64,000 nt of DNA, taken from positions 58,838,001 to 58,902,000 of the forward strand of contig OZ024742.1 in the NCBI GenBank assembly GCA_964016885.1, given 5' to 3'. Position 1 is the stretch's first letter. Every line of letters starts with the position of its first letter. The translations under genes and the position numbers were made by a program. The notes below the pieces were generated by a model. That model was given only the letters and a program-made list of their open reading frames with translations, was not told where the DNA came from and made no database searches. This DNA comes from Eledone cirrhosa. Its lineage: Eukaryota. This document shows positions 40,113-54,256 of this stretch, piece by piece.

Positions 40113-41002
40113 TACGTGTGTCAGAAAAGAAACAGGACTGGGGTCACAAAAAAAAAAAAATTTGAATCCAAACTACAAAGTTTTCTCCTTCGAAATAATC
40201 CCCCTCGAGTCTAGCATTTTCCCATCCTTCTCTGTCACGCCTCCATGCACTCCTGGAAAGATTCTCCCGAGATTCTACTGGGATTTTCCGCAGCTCCATC
40301 GTCACGGCCCTCTTGATGGCTTCCACGTCCGTGAAAAGGGTCCTCTTGATGATCCTCTTGAGCTTAGCGAAAAGGAAAAAAAATCCGACGGAGCCAAGTC
40401 TGGTGAGTGAGAGATTGCTCCAGCACGACGCTGCAAAATCTCTTTGTAGGCATACTGCCCTGTGGCACTCTATGTGAACTTGCCCCTCACATCGAAGAAT
40501 GCGGTCAACATGAGTTTGACTTTGGACTTCGATTGTCTGGCATTGTTTAGCCTCGGTAACTCTGGACTTATCCACTGAAGGGTTTGGTGCTTTTTCTCCT
40601 GATCGTACCCGAAGATCCATGACTCATCACCGGTGATGACTCTCCCTTGCAAGTTTGGTTCGGTTTCAAGACGCTCGAGGATGTCCTAACGCACCTGCGT
40701 GCGACGCTCTTTCTGGTCATTTTCAGTACCTTCGTCACCGTCTTCACACAGATCTTCCGCATTCCTAAATCTTTGGTGATAGTATTCAAAACACTGACGC
40801 GGTTCATGCCCAATCACTTGCAATCAGTCGAACAGTCAGCCGACGATCGCCATGCACCACATACCTCATGCGCACAACATTACAACATTAGCCTCAGTCC
40901 AGCTCGTTGAAGACCTTCCGCTCCTGGGGTCATACAATGATTGCAGAGAGCTGAGATCACACAGGCATACTAAGTGCTGTTACTTTTCTGACACACCTCG
41001 TG
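40113..41002 (-). mobile_element. Decayed, internally deleted mariner (Tc1/mariner) DNA transposon
   Basis: Transposase motifs VITGDESWIFGYD, SKVKLMLTAFFD, FFLFAKLK and EGDYFEG on minus; TIRs TGTGTCAGAAAAGAAACAG (40117) / CTGTTACTTTTCTGACACA (40977-40995). Confidence 0.9.
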
Positions 41003-41220
41003 ACAGTCATAAACCAACCAAATTAATAAAAAAAAACAACAACAAAAAAGCCCCCCAGCAATTTGAGCCACTTTTCCTGTATAAAACAGAAAAAACTTTC
41101 GATCTCGAACCAGATACGATCAAACCACAGCAGAAACACAAACCTCCACCTCAATTTTACTTTTGAAAATCATAAGAACTGTGAAACCGGTAAATTAAAT
41201 AAATAAATATTCTTAAAAGA

Positions 41221-41324
41221 ATCCAGTTGCATTTTCAATTTCTTTTCCTTATATATATATATTATTATCGGATGTGAGATTGAGTGATCAGTACCGTTGT
41301 AGAGTTTACACAAACACACACACA

Positions 41325-41388
<64 letters not shown>

Positions 41389-41490
41389 TGTGTGTGTGTT
41401 TGTGTAAACTCTACAACGGTACTGATCACTCAATCTCACATCCGATAATAATATATATATATAAGGAAAAGAAATTGAAAATGCAACTGG

Positions 41491-41492
<2 letters not shown>
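41221..41492. repeat. Perfect palindrome with (TA)n at its centre, no hammerhead
   Basis: 41221-41328 is the reverse complement of ~41385-41492. Confidence 0.88.
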
Positions 41493-41548
<56 letters not shown>

Positions 41549-42186
41549 TGTATGTATATACATATATATATATATATATATGCATTCATACACACGTTCA
41601 TACTATCACACATGCACGCGAATATAAGTGTGTATTGTGCAGACAAGCGCTCCATGGATATGAAGAAGAAGATACCAGAGCTATAAACATAAGTTAAAAT
41701 GGTCATACACGCTGAGACGATGGTTAAGAAGCCATTAACCACAATAGCCAAAAAAGCGAACAAGCTAAACGGGTCAAACAAAATGAGATATGATTGAAAT
41801 ATTTACCCAATATTTATGATTGAAATATTTACATATGTATGTATGTATATATGTATATATGTGTATATATAATTGATTGCTTCTGCATTCGTGCACCGAA
41901 ATAACCTCGGTAGTTTACCATAAAGGAAAAATTTGTAAATTCTGATAAAATGACACTTGAGATAAATGCTCCGAAACTGATATCCTCCATACCCTCAATA
42001 CGCACTAATTTTTGGCTTCATTTAAAAACATTCCTTTCTTCTCCCTTTCAGTTTCTCACCCTTGGTGTTTTGAAATTACTTTCTTCGTCTTTGGATTAAA
42101 ATTAGAACGATTTCTTTTGCAAATATGTTAAAAAGAGATAGCAGAATGCAACAAGTATCATTTTAGTTAGTTTCCTTTCATATAAA

Positions 42187-42217
<31 letters not shown>

Positions 42218-42355
42218 TTTTTTAAAAATCAAAAACAGGAAAAACATTTGTAATGTAAGGGTTCGTGGAAACGTTCCCTGGCAAAGAACGGGAAAAAACG
42301 AAGATAATACGTCATTATTTGGAGCGGTGAAAAACAATTACACGAAAAGACACTT

Positions 42356-42472
42356 TGCTTAAACTTTAATCTGTTATTTTAATAAATATTTGCTCTACGG
42401 TTCTTATATATTTGATATATATTTATCCTTAACGAGCCCTCTTTGGATGTTAGTCTTCAAATTTATTATTAT

Positions 42473-42480
<8 letters not shown>
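42356..42480 (+). repeat. Short dispersed repeat ending in (TA)n; second copy at 59987-60098
   Basis: TGCTTAAACTTTAATCTGTTATTTTAATAAATATTTGCTCTA..GAGCCCTCTTTGGAT..ATTACTATA at both loci. Confidence 0.75.
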
Positions 42481-42547
<67 letters not shown>

Positions 42548-42603
42548 TATATATATATACATATGTATATGTATGTATGTATATATATATATATGTATAT
42601 GTA

Positions 42604-42676
<73 letters not shown>

Positions 42677-43351
42677 GTATATATATATAATACATAAATA
42701 AACAATCTAATGCCTTTGCTAAGCCCGGCGGCTCATCAAGTTGGTGCTTATCCCAGACCCCTTGGCCTTAAGCCACTCAGTGTACAAAACTACCCACCCT
42801 AGACAGGACGTCGGTCTATCGTAGTGTCAAACCTCCAGTTACTACTGGTCCTCATTTTCAGCTGAGTGTACTGGAACAAAGGGAAATAAAGCGTTTTGTT
42901 CAAGAACACATCACACAACCTGGTCCAGGAATTCACCCTACGATATTATGTTCTCAAGTCCAACATGATAACCACTAGGCCATACGTATTTCACTTATGG
43001 TAAACTTACCACATTAAAAATGACTACTTGACTCCCCAGCATCACTACCGTCATCAGCACTACAACTAATACTCCCACCACAACCACCACCTCCACTACA
43101 ACCACATACCATACACAGGCGATACACAGGTTATACACAGGCGCCATCCGTATTCATAGGCACCGTCTTCATTCTATCTCTCTTGGATTCTTTGTTACTG
43201 ATGCTATATTTGCCATTTTTACCTTCTTTCCTCTTTCTCGCTCATCACAAATATGGAATCCTGTTAATTCGAAGTTATTTTGCACAGAAATATAACCAGT
43301 TTTAAAACACACATTCAAACATACACATTCGCCTGTACACCAATATGCAGA

Positions 43352-43992
43352 CAGGACCGAATTTAATGAGGACAAAGGGGGCAATTGCCCCCCCCCCCCT
43401 CCTCTCCCCCATCAGTGACGACCGTAGCAATATATTTGTGCCCTCTGCTAAGCTTTTTTATTTTATCCCTTTGACAACCAGAACTATATTTTTAACAAAA
43501 AATATTTAATGGCCTTACTGTGGCAACATTCATTGCATTTTCTCGACTTTAGAGACATCAGGTTGTTATCAGAACGATATTTTAATTATAAATATTTGAT
43601 GTCACTGTGTAAAGTGGTTGTGCTGGTATTGCAAAAACAATGCACCCAGTAAACACTCTAAAGTGGTTATGTCAGGAAGGGCATTCAGCCATAGAAACCA
43701 TGCCAAATATATAATGTATGAGCAAGATGAGGTCGCTCCGATATGTCTGATCTCGAACTGCGACAACCTGTCCAACACATGCCAGTGTGGAAAGTGGACG
43801 TAAAATGAGGATGGTTAGATTTTTTGAATTTAATACATACCTGTTTGTATAACCTTTGAATTCCAATTACTTGCACCAGCAGACTTTGATATGTAAAATA
43901 GGGGGTTTCGTGTGTATTCTAATTTTTTGTGCATGAGAGGCCCTCCCAAACCTGAAGTACCCCGGGTCCCACAAGGTCAAAATCTGGCGCTG
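43352..43992. mobile_element. Possible hAT-type MITE
   Basis: Imperfect TIRs CAGGACCGAATTT / AAATCTGGCGCTG, GGGGGCAATTGCCCCC subterminal palindrome, approximate 8-bp TSD TATGCAGA/TATGCATG. Confidence 0.45.
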
Positions 43993-44230
43993 TATGCATG
44001 TATGTACACATGCAAAGATGCAGAGATTCAGTGGTGCACACATGTAGACACATTTATAATCTAATTATCTATGTAATATATCAATCTTGAAACAAGAGAC
44101 AGTATATATAATCATCGTGTAATCAGGTATAAAGGTAATAAATTTTCTATGTAGACTGATGAAAAATACTGTTTCACATGGCCACATTTATTCAGTTCAG
44201 ATTTCAAATACACAACACACACACACATAC

Positions 44231-44273
<43 letters not shown>

Positions 44274-44340
44274 AGTAAGTGCCGTACTAAGAGTGAGAAA
44301 TGAAATTTCGTTTCATTCTATTCCAACTTATATATATATA

Positions 44341-44775
44341 TATTGTTATACTTGGGGAGGGTCATATTTGTGTAATATTGCCAGAATTAATAACAGAACA
44401 TACTCACTGTTTGGTTGGTTTTCGCTTTTCGCTTCTGTGTCTTTTATATCGGTAATCTAATTTATTCGGTCCTCAATGTTGCCATTAACTGACCAACGGT
44501 CACAAATAATACAGATACAATATAGACACAAACACATATATATAGTTTATCAAAGTTCTTTCGTTGCACATCTGCAACATCGTCAGTGGTGTTATTGTTT
44601 CTTCCCGTTGCATTGTATTTTCTACGCCATCTTTATTTAGTCTGTTTATATATTTATTTATTTGTTTATTTTATTTTGTCTTCTTTGCGCATGCGTTTGC
44701 GTGTGTGTATAGTGTTTTGTCTGATGTGTGTTCGTGTTTGGGTTACTGTGTAAAAACCTCGCAAAACTAATTCAT
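44341..44775 (+). mobile_element. Repeat family G copy in (TA)n
   Basis: TATTGTTATACTTGGGGAGGGTCATATTTG..; collinear with 53101-53400. Confidence 0.7.
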
Positions 44776-44781
44776 CGCCGT

Positions 44782-44907
<126 letters not shown>

Positions 44908-45041
44908 CATATATATATATATCATATATATATATATCATATATATACATATATATATATATTATATATATATATATATATATCATATATATATATATAT
45001 ATTATATATATATCATATATATATATATATATTATATATAT

Positions 45042-45106
<65 letters not shown>

Positions 45107-45180
45107 ATATATATCATATATATATATCAGCACGTACAGACACGGACAGGCACACACGCGCACAAACACAGTCACGCATG

Positions 45181-45330
45181 GACACACTGGAAGAGGGAGA
45201 CCGAGGTTGTCATATGTTGATGCCCTAAGGATAGATACTGGTCTCTTGGAGACGCAAGACATGGCAGCGTTGATGAGGGACAGAGACCGCTGGAGAGAAC
45301 TCGTCCATGGATATCGGGAATTTTACCAGG
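45181..45330 (+). pseudogene. 3' scrap of an RTE-like LINE ORF
   Basis: Translates as RGRPRLSYVDALRIDTG..MRDRDRWRELVH, typical of RTE-group C-termini. Confidence 0.65.
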
Positions 45331-45742
45331 CCCAAGAATATATACATATACACATACATATATATATATATATATATACATGGATACATATTTGTATATA
45401 TATTTATATATATATACACACAGACACACATAAGCACGCACATACATATAACATCTAAGCACTAATATATATATATAAATGGAAAAAATGAAACGAAATT
45501 TCATTTCCCACTCTTAGTACGGCTGCTACTTAAATATAAGTATGTATACGTACATACATATATGTATACAGACGTACAGTAGTATGTATATATATACATA
45601 CATGCACACATATATATATGTACATATGGGTTTACCAAACATTTATTATAATGCTCGGTTTGTTTGCAAACAAACAGCCCAGGTTTAAACCGTACAGTGA
45701 TTAGCAACCATCGTTGCCCTTTTGTTCAACACTGACAAAGGA

Positions 45743-45785
45743 ACGATGTACTAGTTTCAAGCTTATTAGCTATCGTCAGCACCGT
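45743..45785 (-). ncRNA. Minimal type I hammerhead ribozyme (left arm)
   Basis: Reverse complement of 45885-45927. Confidence 0.82.
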
Positions 45786-45884
45786 ATACCTTCTTGCCAG
45801 ATATGCAAATTAGGCTGCTCAGCCGCTAATATGCATACGGAAAGAATATACTTTCAGACGTTCAATCATCTGGCAAGAAGGTAT

Positions 45885-45927
45885 ACGGTGCTGACGATAG
45901 CTAATAAGCTTGAAACTAGTACATCGT
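45885..45927 (+). ncRNA. Minimal type I hammerhead ribozyme; predicted cleavage after GUA (45921)
   Basis: ACGGTG-CTGACGA-T-AGCT-AATA-AGCT-T-GAA-ACTAGT-A-CATCGT: all three stems and full core, palindromic stem III. Confidence 0.85.
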
Positions 45928-46124
45928 TCCTTTGTCAGTGTTGAACAAAAGGGCAACGATGGTTGCTAAACACTGTACGGCTTAATTCGGGCTGTTTGTT
46001 TACAAACAAACCGAGCATTATAATAAATGTTTCGTAAGCCATACGTACATATATACATGTGTGCATGTATGTATATATATATACATACTACTATACATCT
46101 GTATACATATATGTATGTACGTAT

Positions 46125-46189
<65 letters not shown>

Positions 46190-46443
46190 GATATATAGCA
46201 TTCCAAGGTACAAATATATAGAAGAAGCTATAACACTTAAAGACATATTGCACAGTTAAATGCAATTTAATCGGAAGCACAAGATATTACACGATGTTTA
46301 TAATACAGGCAGTTTCATGCACGCAGTAGAATAAACAGCGCATGAAACAGCCTGTAATCCTTCATAAACATCGTATTTATGTGTATATATATATATTAAT
46401 ATATATATATATATTTATCAGTGTATGAGTGTGTGTGTGTGGG

Positions 46444-46505
<62 letters not shown>

Positions 46506-46945
46506 ATGTGTATATATGTATGTATATATATATATATAGGAAAGTTTGAGACCTTTGATGGAATCATAGCGGCGCCATCGTGACACAGTATATTCTGGGC
46601 ATTTTAAACCTGGTGGAACCCACTCCTTCTCTCGGTTTAACACAACCGATTTCTTCCAGTGAAGGCGAGAGAGAACAAGCGAGAATAGGAAAGAGAGAGA
46701 AAGAGAAGGAGGGAGAGAGAGAGAGAGAGAGAGGGAGGGAGAGAGAGAGAGAGGAAGAGAGAAACAGATATAGAGGAAGAATCAACCACAGTGCTGCACT
46801 TGTACTTTTTTTTATCGACCTCGAATAGATGAAAGGCAAAGCTGACGACGGTGGGATTTGAACACAGAGAGTGGAAGCGAATATGGCAAAACATTCTATC
46901 CAGCGTTCTAACGACTCTGTTTTAGCCTTACACGCAAACACGCAC

Positions 46946-47094
<149 letters not shown>

Positions 47095-47394
47095 GACGAG
47101 TTTGAAGATACTGTTAAAAACATATCTATATGTTATAAACGTATTATAACAAAGGGAAATAATTCAAGATGTAAATTTGAAATGGCCATTTTAGTGTTCG
47201 CGTGTTTGTGTGTACTCAATATAGCAGATACAGGGTATTATGTGGTGATAAGTTATATGGAGGTGTTTATATTTATTTCAGTTTTAGGGTTGAGTAGTAG
47301 AGGTCTACCGTATTATGTAAGTGTAGAAAATGAAAGGTTATTAAGAAAGTATAGAAATCAATATAAAGTTGGTTGAAGCTCAGTTTAATTTATT

Positions 47395-47790
47395 GTGTGC
47401 TTCCATTTAGCGAGGAGTTGGGTTATGAGATATAGACAAACTCTAACAATTTCGTTCTTAGAGTTCAAATAATTATTGTTCGAAGACGACAAACCTTGTA
47501 ATATCCTAATATTTTCAGCGACAGAGACATCATCTCTTGATATGATTGGTACAAGGTCTGAATATTTCAAGTACCTTCCAAGTAATCTTATGTGGGATTC
47601 CTTTCTATTTTAATTACCAGACTCTTTTAGTCAGGGCCATGCTGGTTCTCATATCAGAATTCCTGAAGAAGTGGAGATCCGAGTAAAGTCGTTGTTTAAA
47701 ACGATCTTGCATCATATCCAGATATCTTTCACTAACTTCAATCACCTTGGTATTGATTTCTATATGTATTGCGTGTATTGTCCCCCAAAT
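47395..47790 (-). pseudogene. Decayed Penelope-like element C-terminus (GIY-YIG endonuclease region)
   Basis: Minus frames give YLDMMQDRFKQRLYSDLHFFRN..TSMALTKRVW and ENIRIL..YLNSKNEIVRVCLY..LL, matching my recollection of the PLE pattern YIG.T..FK.R..H..SFR..T.LS..W / EK..I..LN.R.E...C.H. Confidence 0.65.
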
Positions 47791-48261
47791 GCAGATTACT
47801 GTCAGTATTAGTTGAATAAATCGAGTGAAATACCTCCCAGGGGACGGAAAAACGTGAACTGTTTCCCAAGAAATTTCTGTTTCCCAAGATCCCACTTACA
47901 AGGTATTAGTTAACTTATACTACATACAATAAAAGACATATCACCGTGTAATGGGATCGAAACATAGACCAAAACATTGTGAAGTGAACTCCTAAAACAC
48001 AGATGTATATTATGCTACGGGCGCTGAGCTCCTGGTGGAGTCGTAGGGGATCCGTTTCTCGGGTATTTAAAACTGGAGTTTGACCTTGGCGGAATTTGAC
48101 TTCAGAATGTAGAGAGCGAGAACAGATATGACAAGGCATTGTATTCGACGTTCTAAAGATTCAGCCATTTCACAGCCAACACCTGTCTGTCTCGTTAGAA
48201 AAACTATGTTCCCATCTGTTGAAATATATCCAACTCTATATGTTATACACACACACACTTA

Positions 48262-48414
<153 letters not shown>

Positions 48415-48489
48415 ACTCACACACACACATACACACTCTCTCTCACACACACACACACTCTCTCTCTATCTCTCTCACACACACATACA

Positions 48490-48795
48490 CGGAGAAAGAG
48501 GTAGAGAGGGGTAGAAAGAGAGAGAGAGAGAGAGGTGTGTGTGAGAGAGCGAGAGCGTGAGAGGTGAGAGTGAGAGGTGAGAGAGAGTGAGAGAGACAGA
48601 GGAGGGAGAGGGAGAGAGAGGAGAGAGGAGAGAGGAGAGAGGAGAGAGAGGAGAGAAAGAGGAATGAGGCGAGAGAGGGAGAGGAGAGAGAGAGTGAGAG
48701 AGACAGAGGAGGGAGAGGGAGAGAGAGAGGAGAGAGGAGAGAGGAGAGAGGAGAGAGGAGAGAGAGGAGAGAAAGAGGAATGAGGCGAGAGAGGG

Positions 48796-48850
<55 letters not shown>
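48490..48850. repeat. GA-rich tract with ~120-bp internal tandem duplication, preceded by long (CA)n
   Basis: GAGAAAGAGGAATGAGGCGAGAGAGGGAG occurs twice. Confidence 0.8.
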
Positions 48851-49318
48851 CCGACCGACAATCACTGATCTCGGTAAACTGTGACATCTTTAACGATAAT
48901 GACACCATTATTTTCATCTGTGCAAAAATGCTGACGACTAATTGAGATAATTACAATTGTATAGTAGCTGAGCAACTAACTAGACCTCATCTCATTGCAC
49001 TATTACAGACTTGCTGCTGTTTATTGCTGACATTAACATAACGTTCTTTTTGGCACAGAATGGTGAGGCAGGGCACAACAAATGAACAAATGAAACCCCT
49101 TTAATTAAATTAGGTTATATCATCCAGGTATTTAATGTCAAACCAGAGGGAACAGGAGAGAGATAATTATAACACAATTCTGGGGCCATTTAGTGCATAT
49201 ATATATATGCACATATATTATATGTATCATGTATTGTATTGTGTGCCCCCCCCCCTACTTGTCCTTCTTCCTTGTTCTGGTGACTAGGCTCGATGGAGCC
49301 TGCAAACTTTGATATACT

Positions 49319-49385
49319 TTTGTTTATAGGCTCTGATGATTCCTGCCCTAGGGTATGGATGAAACACTGTTAGCAAATAAAACAA
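49319..49385 (+). ncRNA. Type I hammerhead ribozyme, solo; predicted cleavage after GUU (49371)
   Basis: Stem I GCT/AGC extended by TTGTTTAT/ATAAAACAA; CTGATGA 49333; stem II TCC-TGCCC/GGGTA-GGA; GAAAC 49361; stem III AC-ACT-GT. Confidence 0.68.
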
Positions 49386-49529
49386 TGTATTTCTAAGCAC
49401 TCTTTGGTTATTCCTAAACTTATAACGGCTCTGTAGTATACTAGTTATCCTACATTGAGCTAAAACCACACTGTCATACCAAGAACAATATATCTGTGTG
49501 TCTGTGCACATTAGTATAATTTTCAACCA

Positions 49530-49568
<39 letters not shown>

Positions 49569-49609
49569 TTTCTACAGGAAAATGTTTAACCCTGACTGGG
49601 TTAAACATT

Positions 49610-49696
49610 TTCCTATTACCCACTCTACTACCCTAAGTATTGAGTACTCTGGTGCGTTATGGTCCACCTGGTTCCTTACCACACTTCCTTCGTTAC
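49610..49696 (+). mobile_element. Family H 3' fragment
   Basis: TTCCTATTACCCACTCTACTACCCTAAG..CTTCGTTA. Confidence 0.72.
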
Positions 49697-50692
49697 ATTT
49701 ATATATATATGGAGGAATTTGTAGTTTACTTGAAGCATTGTGTATGGTATAAAGAATTCGAAGTTTGAAAGCCACAACAATGCGAAATGGACAGGTAAAC
49801 AAGTCGGATGGAACACGATGTTATGTGTTACGGTAGAGTATAACACGCTTCATCAGACACTGGATTAGTCTCTTTTATTTTCCTTGGAAGAAGAGATCTT
49901 AATCTCGAAATATCAGGACATATAAATAAATTAAGGTAAAAAACACATAGCATCTTGTTCCATACACATATGTATATATAATATGGTCTGGTCCCTTCCT
50001 CATTGAAACAATTGCACCAATGCTTATATATATGAATATATATGATGCTGTATAACCATAATTCTCATCGGGGAAAAAATTCTCGTCCGATCATACTTCT
50101 GAAGCTGGCTACCGAGCTGTAGCTAATCCGCCTTTAGCACAAGAATGAAGTCGTTGGCCACTTGAAACGTTGCCACCTAAATGTCTAAGGAGCCCCATCT
50201 ACCCAGGTTTTGAACTCGGTGATCCTTCTCCTAAACAGACTGTCAACCAAGGCTAATGATCTCTATCTATCCGTTTTTTACATAGTACTAGTTGACGCTC
50301 CTGAGATCGTCCTGCGTCACTCGCCAACAATATGACCACTATCACAGATATATTTCAACGACCAGTCCTTGTATAATGACAATCTTAGATGCACCAAAGA
50401 TAAAATCAATTTATGAGTGAGATATTTATATATATCTTAAGAATAAAATCAATAACTAAGTAATAGACCTAAAAGACTAGCATACTCCTAGATATCCTCG
50501 ATATATGGGTCCTCAAAGTGGTTGATGTCTGTTTCTAGGGTTCTGTGGGACTACTCAAGGGGCTTTATTGAACATTTCGTCCAAAACCTGACATTTGTAT
50601 AACAAATGAAAATACATAAAATTATACAATAAAATATTACTTGTTTATATAGGTTTCCAATTTATATATAAATAGTATTTATTATGTATTTT

Positions 50693-50885
50693 AAGGGCGG
50701 TGGATTGGCAGTATCGGTAGAGAGTCGGACGCCATGCTTTCCAGCATAGTTACGTCCCTTTACGATCTGAGTTCAAATCCCGCCGAGGTTGACTTTGCCT
50801 TTCATCCTTACGGGGTCGATAAAATAAAGTACCAGTAATGCACTGGTTAATTGCTGGCCTTGTGCCTAAAGTAGAAATAATTATG
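50693..50885 (+). mobile_element. tRNA-derived SINE, near full length (other copies at ~7720, 22440, 23070, 35400, 36800, 46770, 48070, 55270, 60330)
   Basis: A-box-like TGGCAGTATCGG, B-box GAGTTCAAATCC and conserved body. Confidence 0.82.
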
Positions 50886-52388
50886 TATTTTATATTCTGT
50901 TTAGAGATTTTATTTATTTTTTACTTTTGTATATACTTGGGGTCGATGAAGGATCAAGGATTCCATGAAAAAGGGTCGATGGTCTAAAAGGTTTTGGGGT
51001 ACCTTGGTATATTTAAAAAATGTAGGAACTGGTTTGTAGGGGTAAATTTATGGTAGATTGAAAGATTCAGAAAATAGTAGACCACGAGTATAACTATCAC
51101 GTGTTCATTTGAAGAGGACAATTCTAAAGGAATAATGAGTCATTGACTTAAATTCCCTTGTGTAGGAAGCAGCAGTTATAACATCACATAACCACTGTAA
51201 AACAGCAAAGAAACACTTTTACATTTTTATTATAAACTATTTCGGAAGAAAGGACTTACACGAGTTTCTATGAAAAAGTGTCAAAAGTGTCACCAATGAA
51301 AAAATTACAACACCAAATGGTTACAGTAACTACTCAAAAACATTTTTACTAATTTAAGGACCACACCCTCAATACAAAATGTTTCAAAAACACCATTAGT
51401 TTCTCGTCATTGCTCCCATGTTGGGATGTAAAGAAAACAATATAAAAGGAAATTATAACAAAAAAAGAAGCTTTATGAGTCACACTTAAGCAATTAAAAA
51501 AGAATAAAAAAGACAAATCCCTGCTGTGAGAGAGCCCGAATTTTATTTAATATAAAAGTAACGATATTGCGCCAATTTATCACAAAAACTTTCTGGTTGC
51601 CTTAACTTTATGATGTAGTGTTCCCATGCTTTATGAGATATTAAAATAACTTTCTCGAGTCTAGAGCCTCATCAGGCTGGGGCGTATTTTAGTTTCATTT
51701 GGCGTTAAGCGACCGAGAACACAACATTTCCCTCAGATGAGATGCCGGTCTTTACTCCTTTCCAGCTGAGAGGACTGTAACATCGAAGACACAACTCTCT
51801 ACTCTTGGGAAACGACAACCCTACCTTATAATCGAGAGACCAACGTTCTAATCACTAGGCCGTCAAATATTTGCTCTCTCTGTATCAGTTCAACTATTCT
51901 CTTTTACCGTTATGGTATTGGTTGTTCAACACGAAGAAAAGAAGTATTATAAACACTTCAAGAATTCAAACGTTAACTTTGGCTTTACTGAGTCAGCGGG
52001 GGAAGAACCTATGTGGTATTTCGACATGCTAAAGATAGCAGCCAAATCTCACTCAACACACAACTTACGTAAAAAGAGAAATATATTGAACAATGTCGTT
52101 CTTGATACACAAAAAACAGATAGTCAACATATTTGATTATATACCAGTTTGTTTAGAGCTGACATCGGATTAAACAACAATGAGAACAGGGCTAACTTTA
52201 ATCGGTTGCACTAAGAAATTCACAAAATCTGAATTAGAAATAACTTTCGTGAATTAAAAAACGATGATTAAAATGTTTTTTTTTTAACTTTGTATTAAAA
52301 TAAAAGGACACACACACACACACAAACACACACAGACAGACACACACACACACGCGCGCGCGCGCACACACACACGCACACACACACA

Positions 52389-52428
<40 letters not shown>

Positions 52429-52454
52429 CACACACACACGCACGCGCACACACA

Positions 52455-52500
<46 letters not shown>

Positions 52501-52912
52501 AACATGACATTTTAGCCCAATCAAAGATTTAGATTCCTTTCTGCATCTGCATATGTCCCAGAGAAAGAAAAAAGAAAAAGCTATGCTCACACGACACACA
52601 CGAAAGTCGTTTAGATCAAGGATCAAGTGATGCCTGTGTCTGAAGAAAGGCCTTGCACTGGACCAATCCCACTCACTGAACAGCGGTGAAAGGTATAAAA
52701 AAAAAAAGAAGAACTGGTCTCCTAAATCGCAGGTTTTCTATCAAGAGTTTTCCTTCTAGAATGATGTCCAAATAAGAACTAGGTGTCTGTCACACTCGAT
52801 GGGCTAACCGAGCGCTCGGGCACCAAATCGTATATTTACATGTCCTTGCCCACTACACACACACACACACATATATATATAAACACACATATATATAAAC
52901 ATTTATGCATAA

Positions 52913-52980
<68 letters not shown>

Positions 52981-53020
52981 TGAAGTCTCGACAAGAGACA
53001 TCAATGTTCATTCATATACT

Positions 53021-53054
<34 letters not shown>

Positions 53055-53100
53055 ATAAATACAATATCGGAGAAAACTTTTTAGCGATACTCCGGCCATA

Positions 53101-53392
53101 TATTGTTATACTTGGGGAGGGTCATATTTGTGTAATAATATTGCCAGAATTAATAACAGAACACACTCACTGTTTTGTTTGTTTTCGCTTCTGTGTCTTT
53201 TATATCGGTTAATTTAATTTATTCGGTCCTCAATGTTACCATTGACTGACCAACGGTAAAAAATACAGACATAATATAGACACAAACACTTATATACTTT
53301 CGTTGCACATCTGTAACATCGTCAGTGGTGCTATTATGTTTCCTCCTGTTGCATTGTATGCCTACGCCATCTTTATTTAGTCTGTTTATTTA

Positions 53393-53403
<11 letters not shown>
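53101..53403 (+). mobile_element. Repeat family G copy ending in (TA)n
   Basis: Collinear with 44341-44670. Confidence 0.7.
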
Positions 53404-53444
<41 letters not shown>

Positions 53445-53445
53445 C

Positions 53446-53603
<158 letters not shown>

Positions 53604-53976
53604 AGATACCATATTTGGCAGAGAACGTTTTTGACTGACCGTAGCGTTCGTGTGACAGGCGGGCAGAAAGTTTGTAAAGCTATTATAATATAAATTTGCA
53701 CTACATTAAGACACAAATAATTATACGCTGACTGCAAAGCATTTAGTTCGGGCTTTTATCTTTATTTAAAATGTTTTTAAGCGTCCATATGGAAAATGAC
53801 TCGTTCGCTACTCCGTGACACAAATAGTTATTTGTTGACTGTAAAAGTTTATAGTTTAGCTTGCATCTAATTTGCATCCCCTTCACCAGACTACAACAAC
53901 AGTAAAAACTGAAACGACCGTTGCAATGATAATTACACCTGTAACAGCTACAATAACATTATCGTTATGATCACCC

Positions 53977-54022
<46 letters not shown>

Positions 54023-54222
54023 AACTGCAGCTGCACTATCATCAAGAACAATATCACAACCACTATCAACAGCAGTGGCAACAACAGTTGCAGCAGCAGC
54101 ACTACCACAACCACCAGCACCACCATCTCACGAACATCACCACCAGTCACCATCACCACCACCAACCCCACCTTATCCTACATTTTACTAAAGAGAATGT
54201 GCCTGACATTTCTCTAAAACTC

Positions 54223-54256
<34 letters not shown>

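Larger units (their letters stand above)
45545..46128. mobile_element. Tail-out inverted repeat carrying minimal hammerheads
   Basis: Inner arms 45701-45802 / 45868-45969 appear identical; outer arms ~45545-45700 / 45970-46128 are diverged; 65-bp spacer. Confidence 0.85.

Noticed and set aside
49820-49920. Half hammerhead on minus (CTGATGA at 49850-49856) and HHR-like TCCT-TGGAAGAA-GAGAT/ATCTC-GAAATATC-AGGA on plus
   Set aside because: The first lacks its 3' half and the second has a non-consensus core; plausible relics but too degenerate to call.
51640-51685. CTGATGA on minus strand
   Set aside because: No consistent stems II/III or stem I partner.
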